From positions 2,178 to 66,177 of the forward strand of contig JBBFMB010000001.1 in NCBI GenBank assembly GCA_037478755.1: DNA of 64,000 nucleotides, read 5' to 3'. The first letter of the stretch is position 1; each line of letters starts with the position of its first letter. The notes beneath the pieces were generated by a model. The model saw only the letters and a program-made list of their open reading frames with translations. It was not told where the DNA came from and ran no database searches. The translations under genes and the position numbers were made by a program. Below are positions 40,079 to 50,091 of this stretch, piece by piece. The DNA is from Ignavibacterium sp. (GTDB taxonomy: Bacteria; Bacteroidota; Ignavibacteria; Ignavibacteriales; Ignavibacteriaceae).

Positions 40079-41167
40079 ATGAAAAACAAAATCATTTATC
40101 AGTTGAAAGAAAGAAGAGAGAAAATCACCCTTCCTGAGAAACTAGGTTTTGGACAATATTTTACTGATCATATGTTTGAGATGGATTATTCAGATGAACT
40201 TGGGTGGCACAATGCAACAATAAAACCTCTCAGCGATATTTACTTACATCCCGCTACATCCTTTATACATTATGGACAGACAATATTTGAAGGACTTAAA
40301 GCATTCAAAACCGCTGACGATGAAGTTCAGATTTTCAGACCTGATGTGCATCTTCAAAGATTAAATAATTCTGCCAAAAGAATTTGCATGCCCTCGGTCG
40401 ATACCGATTTTGTTTTAGAGGCAATGAAAGAGTTAATTGCAATTGACAGCGACTGGATTCCAACTAAAAAAGGCGAATCACTGTATATCAGACCTTTTAT
40501 GTTCGGTTCTGATCCTGCTTTGGGTGTAAGACCATCTTATACTTATAAGTTTGTTATTATACTTTCTCCTGTTGGAGCTTATTATCCAGAAGGATTTAAA
40601 CCGGTTAAGATTCTTGCTCAGGACGATTATGTAAGAGCAGTAAGAAAAGGATTAGGAGAATGTAAAACTGCTGCCAACTATGCTGCAAGTCTTCTCGCTG
40701 CAAAAGAAGCTGCACAAAAAGGATTCACCCAGGTTCTTTGGCTGGATGGTGTTGAACAGAAATATATTGAAGAAGTTGGAACAATGAATATTTTTATTCA
40801 CTTCAAAGATGAAGTTGCTACTCCAAAACTGACTGGCTCTATACTTCCGGGTGTGACCAGACGATCAGTAATTCAACTATTGAAAGAATGGGGCTACAAT
40901 GTGAATGAAAGATTAATTTCTATGCGTGAAGTTATAGATGCTTATGATTCTGGCAATCTGGTCGGAGTATTTGGATCCGGCACAGCTGCCGTTATCTCTT
41001 CGGTTGGATTATTGTCTTATAAAGGAAAAGATATGATTATTAATAATGGTAAAGTTGGCGAACTTGATTTGAAACTTTTCAATGAACTAACTGCAATTCA
41101 CTACGGAGAAAAAGAAGACACACACAACTGGATTTTTAAGGTTGAAAAGAAAAGCATAGAAGTCTAG
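40079..41167 (+). CDS. ilvE: Branched-chain amino acid aminotransferase
   Basis: HYGQTIFEGLKA, YIRP, KTAANYA, EEVGTMN, ILPGVTR; ATG 40079 follows AAGGA. Confidence 0.95.
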   Translation: MKNKIIYQLKERREKITLPEKLGFGQYFTDHMFEMDYSDELGWHNATIKPLSDIYLHPATSFIHYGQTIFEGLKAFKTADDEVQIFRPDVHLQRLNNSAKRICMPSVDTDFVLEAMKELIAIDSDWIPTKKGESLYIRPFMFGSDPALGVRPSYTYKFVIILSPVGAYYPEGFKPVKILAQDDYVRAVRKGLGECKTAANYAASLLAAKEAAQKGFTQVLWLDGVEQKYIEEVGTMNIFIHFKDEVATPKLTGSILPGVTRRSVIQLLKEWGYNVNERLISMREVIDAYDSGNLVGVFGSGTAAVISSVGLLSYKGKDMIINNGKVGELDLKLFNELTAIHYGEKEDTHNWIFKVEKKSIEV

Positions 41168-41196
41168 TTCTCATATTCTTCTCATTATTTTTAGAC

Positions 41197-41233
41197 AGGC
41201 TGTCTGATGATTATTCATTAGACAGCCTTTTTT
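41197..41233 (+). terminator. ilvE terminator
   Basis: AGGCTGTCTGATGA-ttat-TCATTAGACAGCCT followed by a T-tract. Confidence 0.85.
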
Positions 41234-41263
41234 ATTTCCTCAAAATTTTTATTTAAAAATATC

Positions 41264-41313
41264 TTGACAAGTGAACACTCGTACACTATATTTGTAGTGA
41301 ACAAATGAGCAAT
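41264..41313 (+). promoter_or_regulatory. lexA sigma70 promoter with two putative SOS boxes
   Basis: TTGACA(41264)-17 nt-TATATT(41287); AGTGAAC-actc-GTACACT fills the spacer; second copy AGTGAAC-aaat-GAGCAAT at 41296-41313. Confidence 0.8.
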
Positions 41314-41317
41314 AATT

Positions 41318-41962
41318 ATGAAAAACAAATTAACCGATCGCCAGAAAGAAATTCTGGATTTTATTCAAAAGTTCATAAGTGAAAATGGGTTTCCACCGAC
41401 ACTTAGGGAGATTGCATCGAATTTTGGAATGGCTTCTACTTTCGGAGTTAAACGTCATCTCGATGCACTAAAGAAAAAAGGATATCTGAAGATTGAAAGT
41501 TTCGCAAGTCGGGCAATTACACTAAACAAAATACCATCGGCTGGTGAATCAGATAATAACTTTATCAATAATAAAGTTATTTCAATTCCTGTTGTTGGAA
41601 GGGTTGCAGCAGGTTCACCAATCTTATCAGAAGAAAATCTGCAGGGAACAATTGCTATAGATTCTAATTTTTTCAGAAACAATAAAGATTGTTTTGCGTT
41701 AAAGGTTACCGGTGATAGTATGATTAACGCTGGTATCTTTGATGGTGATCTGGTGATTGTAAATCCGAATGAAAAAGTATCACAGCATGATATTGTTGTT
41801 GCAAGAGTTGATGATGAAATTACAGTAAAGAATTATGAAAAGAAAAACAACAAAGTTTTTCTGATTCCTCAAAATGATAAGTACGAACCAATTACCGTTA
41901 CTGAGAGAAATAATTTTTCTCTTATCGGAAAAGTCGTTGGTGTATTAAGATGGTTTAATTAA
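41318..41962 (+). CDS. lexA: SOS repressor LexA
   Basis: LTDRQ..GFPPTLREIA wHTH; GRVAAG cleavage site; GDSM (Ser) and TVK (Lys) dyad. Confidence 0.96.
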   Translation: MKNKLTDRQKEILDFIQKFISENGFPPTLREIASNFGMASTFGVKRHLDALKKKGYLKIESFASRAITLNKIPSAGESDNNFINNKVISIPVVGRVAAGSPILSEENLQGTIAIDSNFFRNNKDCFALKVTGDSMINAGIFDGDLVIVNPNEKVSQHDIVVARVDDEITVKNYEKKNNKVFLIPQNDKYEPITVTERNNFSLIGKVVGVLRWFN

Positions 41963-41976
41963 GAAAGGAGTAAGTA

Positions 41977-42225
41977 ATGAAATCAGAAATTTTTCGTGAA
42001 GCTATAAAATCAAGATCCAAAGTCAGGTTTTACTATGGCTTATTTGAATGGGTTGTTGAACCATATTACTTAAGTAAAGATAGAAATGGCAATAAAGTTC
42101 TTTATGCAAAGGTTTCTTCAACCAACGAAGTAAAGAAATTTGATTTCAGAAAAATGGCAAACATTAAAGTATTTAATGATTACAAATTTTCTCCGGTCAT
42201 ACCAATAATTCCGATGGCATCTTAA
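41977..42225 (+). CDS. Stand-alone WYL-like (Sm/SH3-type) small protein
   Basis: AIKSRSKVRFYY..VVEPYYL..KVLYA..KKFDFRKM parallels the WYL pattern; AAGGAG RBS. Confidence 0.6.
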   Translation: MKSEIFREAIKSRSKVRFYYGLFEWVVEPYYLSKDRNGNKVLYAKVSSTNEVKKFDFRKMANIKVFNDYKFSPVIPIIPMAS

Positions 42226-42236
42226 AGGAGGTCTTT

Positions 42237-42665
42237 ATGAATTACGACAAAAGAAAAGATATTGATGCTTTAATTGAGCAATTCTGGAAAAGAGGTTATA
42301 TGACAGTATCCAGAAAATACGGAACATATTTGCCCGAACCAGACAAAGTTGGAATTTACGATGTTGATGTCATTGCCAGATATAATGATTCCTTTGCAAT
42401 CGGAATAGTTTTAAATGATGAAGATTTTATTGATTTAATGAAAACTCAAAATAAAATAGTTTACCTTTCAACAAGACAAACAAAATATAATGGCAAACGT
42501 GTGGCATTGTTTATTGGTGTTTCTCTGAAAAATTATAAAACTGCCAAAAGTTTGCTCGACACATTGCCTGATGAAATAAAGAGGAACATTCGTTTAATCC
42601 AGATAATTGACCGTCAAAATTCTGAACAAAGTCCACGCAGAAAAAATAATGTTCTTTTTTCCTGA
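42237..42665 (+). CDS. Hypothetical protein, PD-(D/E)xK-like fold with degenerate active site
   Basis: KRGY..PEPDKVGIYDVDVIAR..FAIGIV: helix-GY-strand-D pattern, but no (D/E)xK; AAGGAGG RBS. Confidence 0.5.
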   Translation: MNYDKRKDIDALIEQFWKRGYMTVSRKYGTYLPEPDKVGIYDVDVIARYNDSFAIGIVLNDEDFIDLMKTQNKIVYLSTRQTKYNGKRVALFIGVSLKNYKTAKSLLDTLPDEIKRNIRLIQIIDRQNSEQSPRRKNNVLFS

Positions 42666-42779
42666 TTGATTTGCAAATCATTAGATTTATTATTAAGTGA
42701 GCAGAGTAATACTACTCATTAGTTTCTTGATTTTCTAACCCTCCGAATTTAACTTTACACGCTCAATCATTAATAGGAT

Positions 42780-43613
42780 TTGAAATTGAGTAAGAAAAAA
42801 TCAGCTTCTGATGAAAAGCTGCAGAACGAATTAAAAAAGTCTGGCGAAATACCAAAACACATTGCCATAATAATGGATGGCAACGGCAGATGGGCAAAAA
42901 AAAGAGGATTACCCAGAGTTGCAGGGCACAAAAGAGGTGTTGATACCGTCAAAGACATTGTTGAAGCTTGTGCTGAAATAGGAGTGAAGTATTTAACGCT
43001 ATATACTTTTTCAACTGAAAATTGGAAACGCCCGAAAGATGAAGTATCAACTCTGATGCGCTTATTATTGAATAGCTTAAAAGATCGTGTTGATGAACTT
43101 TGCGAAAATGATATCAAGCTCACAACTATTGGTGATACTGAGGCACTTCCGTATGAAGTTCAGAAGCAGCTGAAAGCTGATATCGAAAGAACCAAAAATA
43201 ACAAGAAGATGGTTCTTAATCTGGCTTTAAGCTATAGCGGCAGGTGGGAAATTCTTGAAGCGGTTAAAAAAATTTCTAAAGCAGTTGAAAAAGGGGATAT
43301 CAGAGCTGAAGATATTAATGAAAAATTATTCTCACAGTTTTTAACTACTAAAGATTTACCGGATCCGGATCTGGTAATCCGAACAAGTGGGGAATTCAGA
43401 GTAAGTAATTTTCTATTGTGGCAAATTGCATATTCTGAATTTGTTATTACAGATATTTATTGGCCTGATTTTAACAGGCATCATTTATATGAATCTATTC
43501 GTGCTTTTCAGAAGCGCGAACGCAGATTTGGTAAAGTTAGTGAACAAATTAAAAAAGAAGTCAACTCAAAAGGCGTTACGAATGCAGAAAAACTCCCTTC
43601 TCAGATTAGTTAA
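42780..43613 (+). CDS. uppS: Undecaprenyl diphosphate synthase (isoprenyl transferase)
   Basis: HIAIIMDGNGRWA, FSTENWKRP, RTSGEFRVSNFLLWQ. Confidence 0.96.
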   Translation: MKLSKKKSASDEKLQNELKKSGEIPKHIAIIMDGNGRWAKKRGLPRVAGHKRGVDTVKDIVEACAEIGVKYLTLYTFSTENWKRPKDEVSTLMRLLLNSLKDRVDELCENDIKLTTIGDTEALPYEVQKQLKADIERTKNNKKMVLNLALSYSGRWEILEAVKKISKAVEKGDIRAEDINEKLFSQFLTTKDLPDPDLVIRTSGEFRVSNFLLWQIAYSEFVITDIYWPDFNRHHLYESIRAFQKRERRFGKVSEQIKKEVNSKGVTNAEKLPSQIS

Positions 43614-46083
43614 TCTTGTCATCATACTTTCGTTTATCTTTTCTATTCAGATTGCTTTTGCACAAGGACAGAGTAAAGTTTATAAAGTTCTTGGTATTAC
43701 AGTCGCAGGCAATAAAACCGCTGATGCAAATGCTATAATTTCAGCAAGTGGTATTAAGGTTAATGATGAAATACAAGTTCCCGGAGATAAAACTATAAGC
43801 GCGATAAAAAATCTCTGGGCATTAAATATTTTCAAGGATGTACAGCTGATTGTTGATAAAGAAATCGGCGACGGAATTTTTCTTCAGATAAAGGTTGAAG
43901 AATATCCGAGATTTGAAAAAATTATCTTTGAAGGCAATGATGAAATAAGCACCAGTGATCTTGAAAAAAATGTAACCTTTTTAAGAGGCACCGTAATTAA
44001 ACCGCAGGATATAGCTAAGCTGAAACAAAAAATTCTTAAGGAATATGAAAAAGAAGGATTGCTTAGTGCAAGCATTCAGGATAAGTTCTATACTTTTCTT
44101 TCCGCAGATACCACCGAAGAAGAAATTATCACACGATGGAGAAATGACAAGGATTTTTCTGATGAATTTGAATTCCGATATAACAGAGGCGATACTAAGT
44201 ATTCAGATCTTATTTCCAGAATTAAAGACAGAGTTATAATTAAATTTATCATAGATGAAGGTGAAGAAGTCCGCGTTAGAAAAATTGAGTTTGTTGGAAA
44301 TAAAGCTTTTGATGAAGATGATCTCAAAGATGCAATGGAAGAAATTAACGAAGCAAAATGGTGGAAGTTTTGGGGCAGTGGAAAATTTGATTTTGAAAAT
44401 TATAAAAAAGATAAACAGGCAATAATCAAATTCTACAGAAAGAATGGTTATCGTGATGCTGCTATTATTTCGGATACTCTGATTTATTCAAATAATAAAA
44501 AAGATCTTACTATCCGAATGGAAGTTTATGAAGGATTGCAATACAAGGTTAGAAACATTAATTGGGTTGGCAATACTGTGTATCCGAGCGAAGTTCTTTC
44601 AGAAAGATTAGATATTGCCAAAGGAGATATTTTTGACGCGGATAAGTTCGAAAAGAATTTAAGAGGTAATGAAAAACAAACGGATGTGTCTTCACTATAT
44701 CTTGATAACGGATATCTTACATTTAATCTCCAGCCAAAAGAAATAAAAGTTGCAGAAGACTCAATAGATATTGAAATAAGAATTGAAGAAAGAAATCAGT
44801 TCACAGTAAACAGAGTTGATATTGAAGGTAACGATAAAACAAAAGAAAAAGTTATTCGACGTGAACTTTATACAATACCAGGTGATTACTTTAATCGCGG
44901 CTTATTGTTAAGAAGCATTCAGAACCTTGCAAACCTTCAATACTTTAATGTGGAAAAACTTTATGGTGCTGAAGGAATTGGAACTAAGTTAGCAAGCGAC
45001 AGCACAGTTGATATTTCATTCCGAGTTGAGGAAAAATCAAGTGACTATTTAAATGCCTCTGTTGGTTATAGTGGTGCGTTCGGATTCAGCGGAGCAGTTG
45101 GTATTACTTTAACAAACTTTTCCATTACTGAACCTTTCCAGCTTGGCGGAGGACAAGTTTTAAGTTTTAACTGGCAGTTTGGTGTTGGTAGTTTGTATAG
45201 AACATTTACACTTGGTTTTACCGAGCCCTGGTTGTTCGATACACCAACTTCTGTCGGTGCAGAAATTTTCGATACCAGACAACAATATGTATATGACCTG
45301 AGACAAACAGGTGCCACAATCAGAGTTGGCCGAAAACTTCGCTGGCCGGATGATTTCTTCTATATTCAAGGTCGTGTTAAATATCAATACAACAATGTTC
45401 TCGAAGGTCAGGGATTTTATGTTGAAGGCAGAACCAATCAATATACTGTCGGTGGATTAATTGCTAGAAAAGATATTGACAATCCGATTTTCCCATCAAT
45501 TGGTTCTTCAGTTCAACTCGATGCTGAATTATCCGGCGGTCCTTTACTTCCCGGTGATGTTGATTATCTGAAAATTGGTTTTACTGCTGAATGGTATCGC
45601 AGACTTTTTAATACAAACAGAATTACATTATATACAATTGCAGATCTTGGCTATATAGATGAGATTGTTCGCGGAACAAAGATTCAACCTTTTGAATTTT
45701 ATTATATGGGCGGAAATGGACTGATTATCGCAACAACATCTCTAAGAGGTTATGATGACAGAACAGTTGGTCCGAAAAATGTTAATGGACAAGTCATTGG
45801 TGGAAGAGTGATGGCAAAATTTGGAACTGAATTAAGATTAGCAGTTTCGATTGAGCCGATTCCACTTTACATTCTTGCTTTTGCAGAAGCAGGCAATGTT
45901 TTTGAAAGTTTTGAGAAAACAGATATTTTTGACCTTCGACGATCAGTTGGATTTGGTGCCAGATTACTTATAAATCCAATTGGTCTGATAGGTTTTGATC
46001 TTGGTTATGGTTTTGACAGAAAAGCTGTTAGTGGAAACGATCCGGCTTGGCTTTTCCACTTTCAGTTTGGAAAAGGATTTTAA
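43582..46083 (+). CDS. bamA: Outer membrane protein assembly factor BamA
   Basis: ATG 43582 gives a signal peptide; POTRA repeats (GN..T...IRRE); LRGY; ends FQFGKGF. Confidence 0.95.
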   Translation: MQKNSLLRLVNLVIILSFIFSIQIAFAQGQSKVYKVLGITVAGNKTADANAIISASGIKVNDEIQVPGDKTISAIKNLWALNIFKDVQLIVDKEIGDGIFLQIKVEEYPRFEKIIFEGNDEISTSDLEKNVTFLRGTVIKPQDIAKLKQKILKEYEKEGLLSASIQDKFYTFLSADTTEEEIITRWRNDKDFSDEFEFRYNRGDTKYSDLISRIKDRVIIKFIIDEGEEVRVRKIEFVGNKAFDEDDLKDAMEEINEAKWWKFWGSGKFDFENYKKDKQAIIKFYRKNGYRDAAIISDTLIYSNNKKDLTIRMEVYEGLQYKVRNINWVGNTVYPSEVLSERLDIAKGDIFDADKFEKNLRGNEKQTDVSSLYLDNGYLTFNLQPKEIKVAEDSIDIEIRIEERNQFTVNRVDIEGNDKTKEKVIRRELYTIPGDYFNRGLLLRSIQNLANLQYFNVEKLYGAEGIGTKLASDSTVDISFRVEEKSSDYLNASVGYSGAFGFSGAVGITLTNFSITEPFQLGGGQVLSFNWQFGVGSLYRTFTLGFTEPWLFDTPTSVGAEIFDTRQQYVYDLRQTGATIRVGRKLRWPDDFFYIQGRVKYQYNNVLEGQGFYVEGRTNQYTVGGLIARKDIDNPIFPSIGSSVQLDAELSGGPLLPGDVDYLKIGFTAEWYRRLFNTNRITLYTIADLGYIDEIVRGTKIQPFEFYYMGGNGLIIATTSLRGYDDRTVGPKNVNGQVIGGRVMAKFGTELRLAVSIEPIPLYILAFAEAGNVFESFEKTDIFDLRRSVGFGARLLINPIGLIGFDLGYGFDRKAVSGNDPAWLFHFQFGKGF

Positions 46084-46121
46084 TAATTGTTTAACAACTC
46101 ATAAAGAAAGAGGATTAAAAA

Positions 46122-46643
46122 GTGAAAAAGTACTTTCTAATTATCGCAGTTCTTTTTGCTACTTCAATTTATGCACAAGCTCCTTTAAAAATTGGCTATG
46201 TTGATTCAGAAGTAATTCTAACTCAATTTTCTGAAGCAATTAAAGCTCAGGGTGATCTTGATGCACTAACTAATAAATGGTCTTCACAACTTGATTCAAT
46301 GACACAGGCATATCAGTTAGCTATTCAGGACTACCAGAAGCAAGCTGAAACTATGCCTAACGAAAAGAAACTTGAAGCTCAGCAGCGAATCGTAAAAATG
46401 GAACAGGAAATTCTGGAATTCAGAAAGCAAAAATTCCAGCAGGGAACCGGTGAGATTTATGCTAAGCAGGAAGAATTATTTGCACCAGTAAAGAAAAAGA
46501 TTTATGATGCAATTCAGAAAGTAGCAAAAGAAGAAGGAATGTCATTTGTGTTCGATAAAAGCGGTGATATTCTGCTGCTCTATGCTGATTCTGCTTTTGA
46601 TATAACTTTTAAGGTATTGGATACTCTTAAAAGAGGCAGTTAA
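46122..46643 (+). CDS. skp: OmpH/Skp chaperone
   Basis: KIGYVD, coiled coil, FVFDK..LLYAD..DIT. Confidence 0.9.
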   Translation: MKKYFLIIAVLFATSIYAQAPLKIGYVDSEVILTQFSEAIKAQGDLDALTNKWSSQLDSMTQAYQLAIQDYQKQAETMPNEKKLEAQQRIVKMEQEILEFRKQKFQQGTGEIYAKQEELFAPVKKKIYDAIQKVAKEEGMSFVFDKSGDILLLYADSAFDITFKVLDTLKRGS

Positions 46644-46654
46644 ATTTTTTAGTT

Positions 46655-46691
46655 AAAGTTCTCCCATAATTTTTGGTGGGAGAACTTTTTT
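46655..46691 (+). terminator. Intra-operon terminator/hairpin between the two skp genes
   Basis: AAAGTTCTCCCA...TGGGAGAACTTT followed by T residues. Confidence 0.7.
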
Positions 46692-46735
46692 ATTTTATTG
46701 TAACTTTCCTTCAGAAAAATCTGCAGGTATTAAAA

Positions 46736-47242
46736 ATGAAAAAGTATATTTTATTTGCTCTCTTAATAATTCCCACAATTTCTTTCGCTCAGCTTAAAAT
46801 TGGTTACATTGATTCGAATGCAATAATGGATCAGCTGCCAGATGTGCAGGATGCAAGACAAAGACTGGATGCTTTAATTCAGGAATGGCAAGCTGAATTA
46901 AACAGACTTGAATCTGAGTGGAAAGCGAAATATGACGACTATGAAAAAAGAAAACTGATTATGTCTGAACAAACCAGAGCAGAAACCGAATCTGAACTTG
47001 TTAAACTTGAAAATCAGATTGCTGAATATCGTGAGAAAAAATTTGGAACTAACGGTGAGCTTTTTCAAAAACAGGATGAACTTATGAAACCGGTTCAGAA
47101 TAAAGTTTTCAATGCAATAAAAGAAATTGCTCAGGAAGAAGATCTTGATTTTGTTTTTGACAGAAGCGGAGATATAATGATTCTTTATGCTAAAGATAAG
47201 TATGACATAACAGCAAAGGTGCTTGCTAAACTGAAAATCTAA
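46736..47242 (+). CDS. skp: OmpH/Skp chaperone (second copy)
   Basis: ATG 46736 gives MKKYILFALL signal peptide; KIGYID, FVFDR..ILYA..YDIT. Confidence 0.9.
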   Translation: MKKYILFALLIIPTISFAQLKIGYIDSNAIMDQLPDVQDARQRLDALIQEWQAELNRLESEWKAKYDDYEKRKLIMSEQTRAETESELVKLENQIAEYREKKFGTNGELFQKQDELMKPVQNKVFNAIKEIAQEEDLDFVFDRSGDIMILYAKDKYDITAKVLAKLKI

Positions 47243-48292
47243 ATGATTAATCTTACAGTAAAACAAATTGCTGAACTTGTCTCAGGCAAAGTAATCGGAG
47301 ATGAAAATACCTTAATTCATTCTCTTGCTAAAATAGATGAAGCAGCTCCGGGTGATTTATCATTCATATATTTACCTGCTTACGAAAAATTTCAGCAAAC
47401 AACAAAAGCATCTGCATTATTAGTCAAACCAGAACTTCAGAAAACAAGATCTGATTTAACATATATTGAAGTTGAATCTCCTGAAAAAGCTTTCTTCTCA
47501 ATACTCAGAGAATTTTTTACTCCGGAATTTCCTTTATCAGGGATAGATGAAACAGCATTTGTTCATCCTGAAGCAAAGCTCGGAAAAAATGTTGCCCTCG
47601 GAAAAAATGTTGTTGTGTCAAAAGGATGTGTAATTTGTGATAATACAAAAATTTTTCATAACACAGTGTTATATGAAGATGTTGAAATCGGAAGTGATTG
47701 TTTGATTTTTTCAAACATAAGTATAAGAGAAAAATGTAAGATTGGTAATCGTGTTATAATTCATTCCGGAACAGTTATCGGAAGTGATGGTTTTGGTTTT
47801 AATCCTGATGAAAAAGGTGTTTATCATAAAATTCCACAGATAGGCAATGTAATTATTGAGGATGATGTAGAACTTGGTGCAAATGTTGCAATCGATCGTG
47901 CTGCTTTGGGTTCAACAATAATTAAACGAGGAACTAAGATAGATAATCTTGTGCAGATTGCACACAATGTTGTCGTTGGTGAAGATACAGTTATTTCTTC
48001 ACAGACAGGAATTTCAGGAAGCACTAAAATCGGAAACCATGTGATTATCGCCGGACAGGTTGGTATAGTAGGCCATATTGAAATTGGAGATAATGTTGTT
48101 CTGATGGCTCAGTCAGGAATTTCTAAATCAATCAAAAAGCCAGGATATTATTTCGGATATCCTGCTAAAGAATTGAAAACATCACAAAAGCTCGAAGCTC
48201 ACATTCGCAATCTTCCCGATTACGCAGAAAAAATTAAAAAGCTTGAAGAAGAAATTAAAAATCTCAAGCAAACCAATAAGAAAGATTCTTAG
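47243..48292 (+). CDS. lpxD: UDP-3-O-acyl-glucosamine N-acyltransferase
   Basis: Hexapeptide repeats; [31 protein letters not shown]. Confidence 0.95.
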   Translation: MINLTVKQIAELVSGKVIGDENTLIHSLAKIDEAAPGDLSFIYLPAYEKFQQTTKASALLVKPELQKTRSDLTYIEVESPEKAFFSILREFFTPEFPLSGIDETAFVHPEAKLGKNVALGKNVVVSKGCVICDNTKIFHNTVLYEDVEIGSDCLIFSNISIREKCKIGNRVIIHSGTVIGSDGFGFNPDEKGVYHKIPQIGNVIIEDDVELGANVAIDRAALGSTIIKRGTKIDNLVQIAHNVVVGEDTVISSQTGISGSTKIGNHVIIAGQVGIVGHIEIGDNVVLMAQSGISKSIKKPGYYFGYPAKELKTSQKLEAHIRNLPDYAEKIKKLEEEIKNLKQTNKKDS

Positions 48293-48314
48293 CTTACATC
48301 TAATTTATAATAGA

Positions 48315-48767
48315 TTACTCTGCTTCAACTCTTCCCAACTTTCTGCAAATATTTTGCAATAATATTTTTTCTTCTTTAGATAAAATGTCAAAGTCAGATT
48401 TTACTGCTTCCAGAAAATATGGGAACAGTTTTTCATATTCTATTTTTCCTTTTTCAGTTAATGAAATTATAAAAACTCTTCCATCATCTTTGCTTCTGAC
48501 TCTTCTAATAAGTTTTCTTTTCAGAAGATTTGAAATTATCATCGTAAGATTACCTTCAGTTCGCATTATCTTTTCAGAAAGAGTTTTTTGTGACAAACTT
48601 CCTAAATGATAAAGTGTATCAAGAACAAAAAACTGACCATCGGAATAACCACTTTCATTTATAACTCTGGTTGAATTATTTCTTATCAACTCTGATGCAC
48701 GGAATAATTTTATAAAACAATCTAAAGCTAATTTTTCTTCAGCTGAGCCCTGAAATTTTGTTCCCAC
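48315..48767 (-). CDS. MarR-family transcriptional regulator
   Basis: QFFVLDTL..LSQKTL..GNLTMII..DGRVFIISLTEKG. Confidence 0.9.
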   Translation of the reverse strand: MGTKFQGSAEEKLALDCFIKLFRASELIRNNSTRVINESGYSDGQFFVLDTLYHLGSLSQKTLSEKIMRTEGNLTMIISNLLKRKLIRRVRSKDDGRVFIISLTEKGKIEYEKLFPYFLEAVKSDFDILSKEEKILLQNICRKLGRVEAE

Positions 48768-49039
48768 TAATCGTTACTCCTTGGAACAATTAGTGTTAAG
48801 ATGGCAGTAAATAATGCAGCGCCGACAATTGACCAGATGATTGGATATTTAATTCCTCCGGCTTCAAAAGAAAACAAATCCGGGAAGTTAAACTCTCGTG
48901 CAAGAATAGTTCCGATGTATGCACCGATGAATCCAACTACGATAGAAATAATGCAGCCCCCTTTCTTAAAACCAACAAGTGTTCTTCCGATGCTTCCTGT
49001 TATTGCTGCAATAATCAATAGAATTATTATGTCCAGCAT
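48767..49039 (-). CDS. GlsB/YeaQ/YmgE (transglycosylase-associated) membrane protein
   Basis: ATG 49039 after GAGG; IVVGFIGAYIG, SIVGAAL. Confidence 0.85.
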   Translation of the reverse strand: MLDIIILLIIAAITGSIGRTLVGFKKGGCIISIVVGFIGAYIGTILAREFNFPDLFSFEAGGIKYPIIWSIVGAALFTAILTLIVPRSND

Positions 49040-49147
49040 TTTAACCTCAAATAATTTATACCAAAAAATAAGTTTTATTACTGAAAAAATCTTATAATAT
49101 TTGAGAGAGTATATATCCTGTAATATTTCCATTAGAAAAAGATAATT

Positions 49148-50077
49148 ATGAAGAGGAAAGAATTTCTAAAAACATCACTTTATTCATTACTGGGTTTTAT
49201 CTTTTGGAATAATGATCTTCAACCGAAATCCGAAACAAAACCAAACAACTATAAGCCCAATCCATCTGAATGGAAACAAGATGAAATTAATGTAGCGTGG
49301 ATTGGCCACTCAACTGTGCTTATTAATTTTTATGGAATAAAAATCTTAACCGACCCTGTCTTTTATGAAAGAGTTGGACTTTATTTCCTTGGTTTAACCT
49401 GGGGACCAAGCCGATTTACACTTCCAGCGTTAAGCATTGATGAAATTCCAAAACCAGATATTGTTCTTCTTTCACACGCTCACATGGATCATATGGATTA
49501 TAAATCTTTGCTTGATTTGACAGATAAGTTTCCTAAACAAATAGATTGCATTACTGCTTATAACACTAAAGATGTAATTGAGGATTTGGAATGGAAATCA
49601 TTACAAGAGATAGACTGGAATGAAGAAACAGTTATTCACGATATAAAAATTAAAGCTTATGAAGTTCAGCATTTTGGCTGGAGATATCCATGGGAAAGAG
49701 ATCGCTCCAGGGGACATTTTGAAAACGGAAGAAGTTACAATGCATATTTAATTTCGTATAAAGATAAAAATATTTTCTTTGGTGGTGATACTGCGATGAC
49801 AGACAAGCTAAATGTTATTAATGATAAAATTCATCTAGCAATAATGCCTGTTGGGGCATATCGTCCTTGGAGAAAAAATCACTGCAATCCCGAAGAAGCT
49901 CTGATAATGGCAACTGAATATCTTCGAGCAGAACATTTTATACCAATTCACACAAAGACATTTAAGCAGGGAACAGAACCAATCGAAGAACCTTTGCGCT
50001 GGTTGGAAGAGTCCGTAAAGAATTATCCAATCAATTTAGCTCTGAATGATATAGGACAAACATTTAATCTAAAGTAG
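49148..50077 (+). CDS. MBL-fold metallohydrolase (NAPE-PLD/RomA-like), Tat-like leader
   Basis: WIGHST, LTDP, SHAHMDHMD, FGGDT, PVGAY, PIH; N-terminal KRKEFLK. Confidence 0.85.
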   Translation: MKRKEFLKTSLYSLLGFIFWNNDLQPKSETKPNNYKPNPSEWKQDEINVAWIGHSTVLINFYGIKILTDPVFYERVGLYFLGLTWGPSRFTLPALSIDEIPKPDIVLLSHAHMDHMDYKSLLDLTDKFPKQIDCITAYNTKDVIEDLEWKSLQEIDWNEETVIHDIKIKAYEVQHFGWRYPWERDRSRGHFENGRSYNAYLISYKDKNIFFGGDTAMTDKLNVINDKIHLAIMPVGAYRPWRKNHCNPEEALIMATEYLRAEHFIPIHTKTFKQGTEPIEEPLRWLEESVKNYPINLALNDIGQTFNLK

Positions 50078-50091
50078 ATTAAGAGGAATTA

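Noticed and set aside
43426-43581. Long bamA N-terminal extension overlapping uppS by ~190 nt
   Set aside because: ATG 43582 gives a normal signal peptide; the upstream TTG is an artefact of longest-ORF calling.
46673-46735. GTG-start extension of the second skp
   Set aside because: It starts inside a terminator hairpin; ATG 46736 gives a proper signal peptide.
47579-47612. Direct repeat CTCGGAAAAAATGTTG x2 with an 18-bp period
   Set aside because: It encodes consecutive LGKNV hexapeptide repeats of LpxD; not a DNA-level element.
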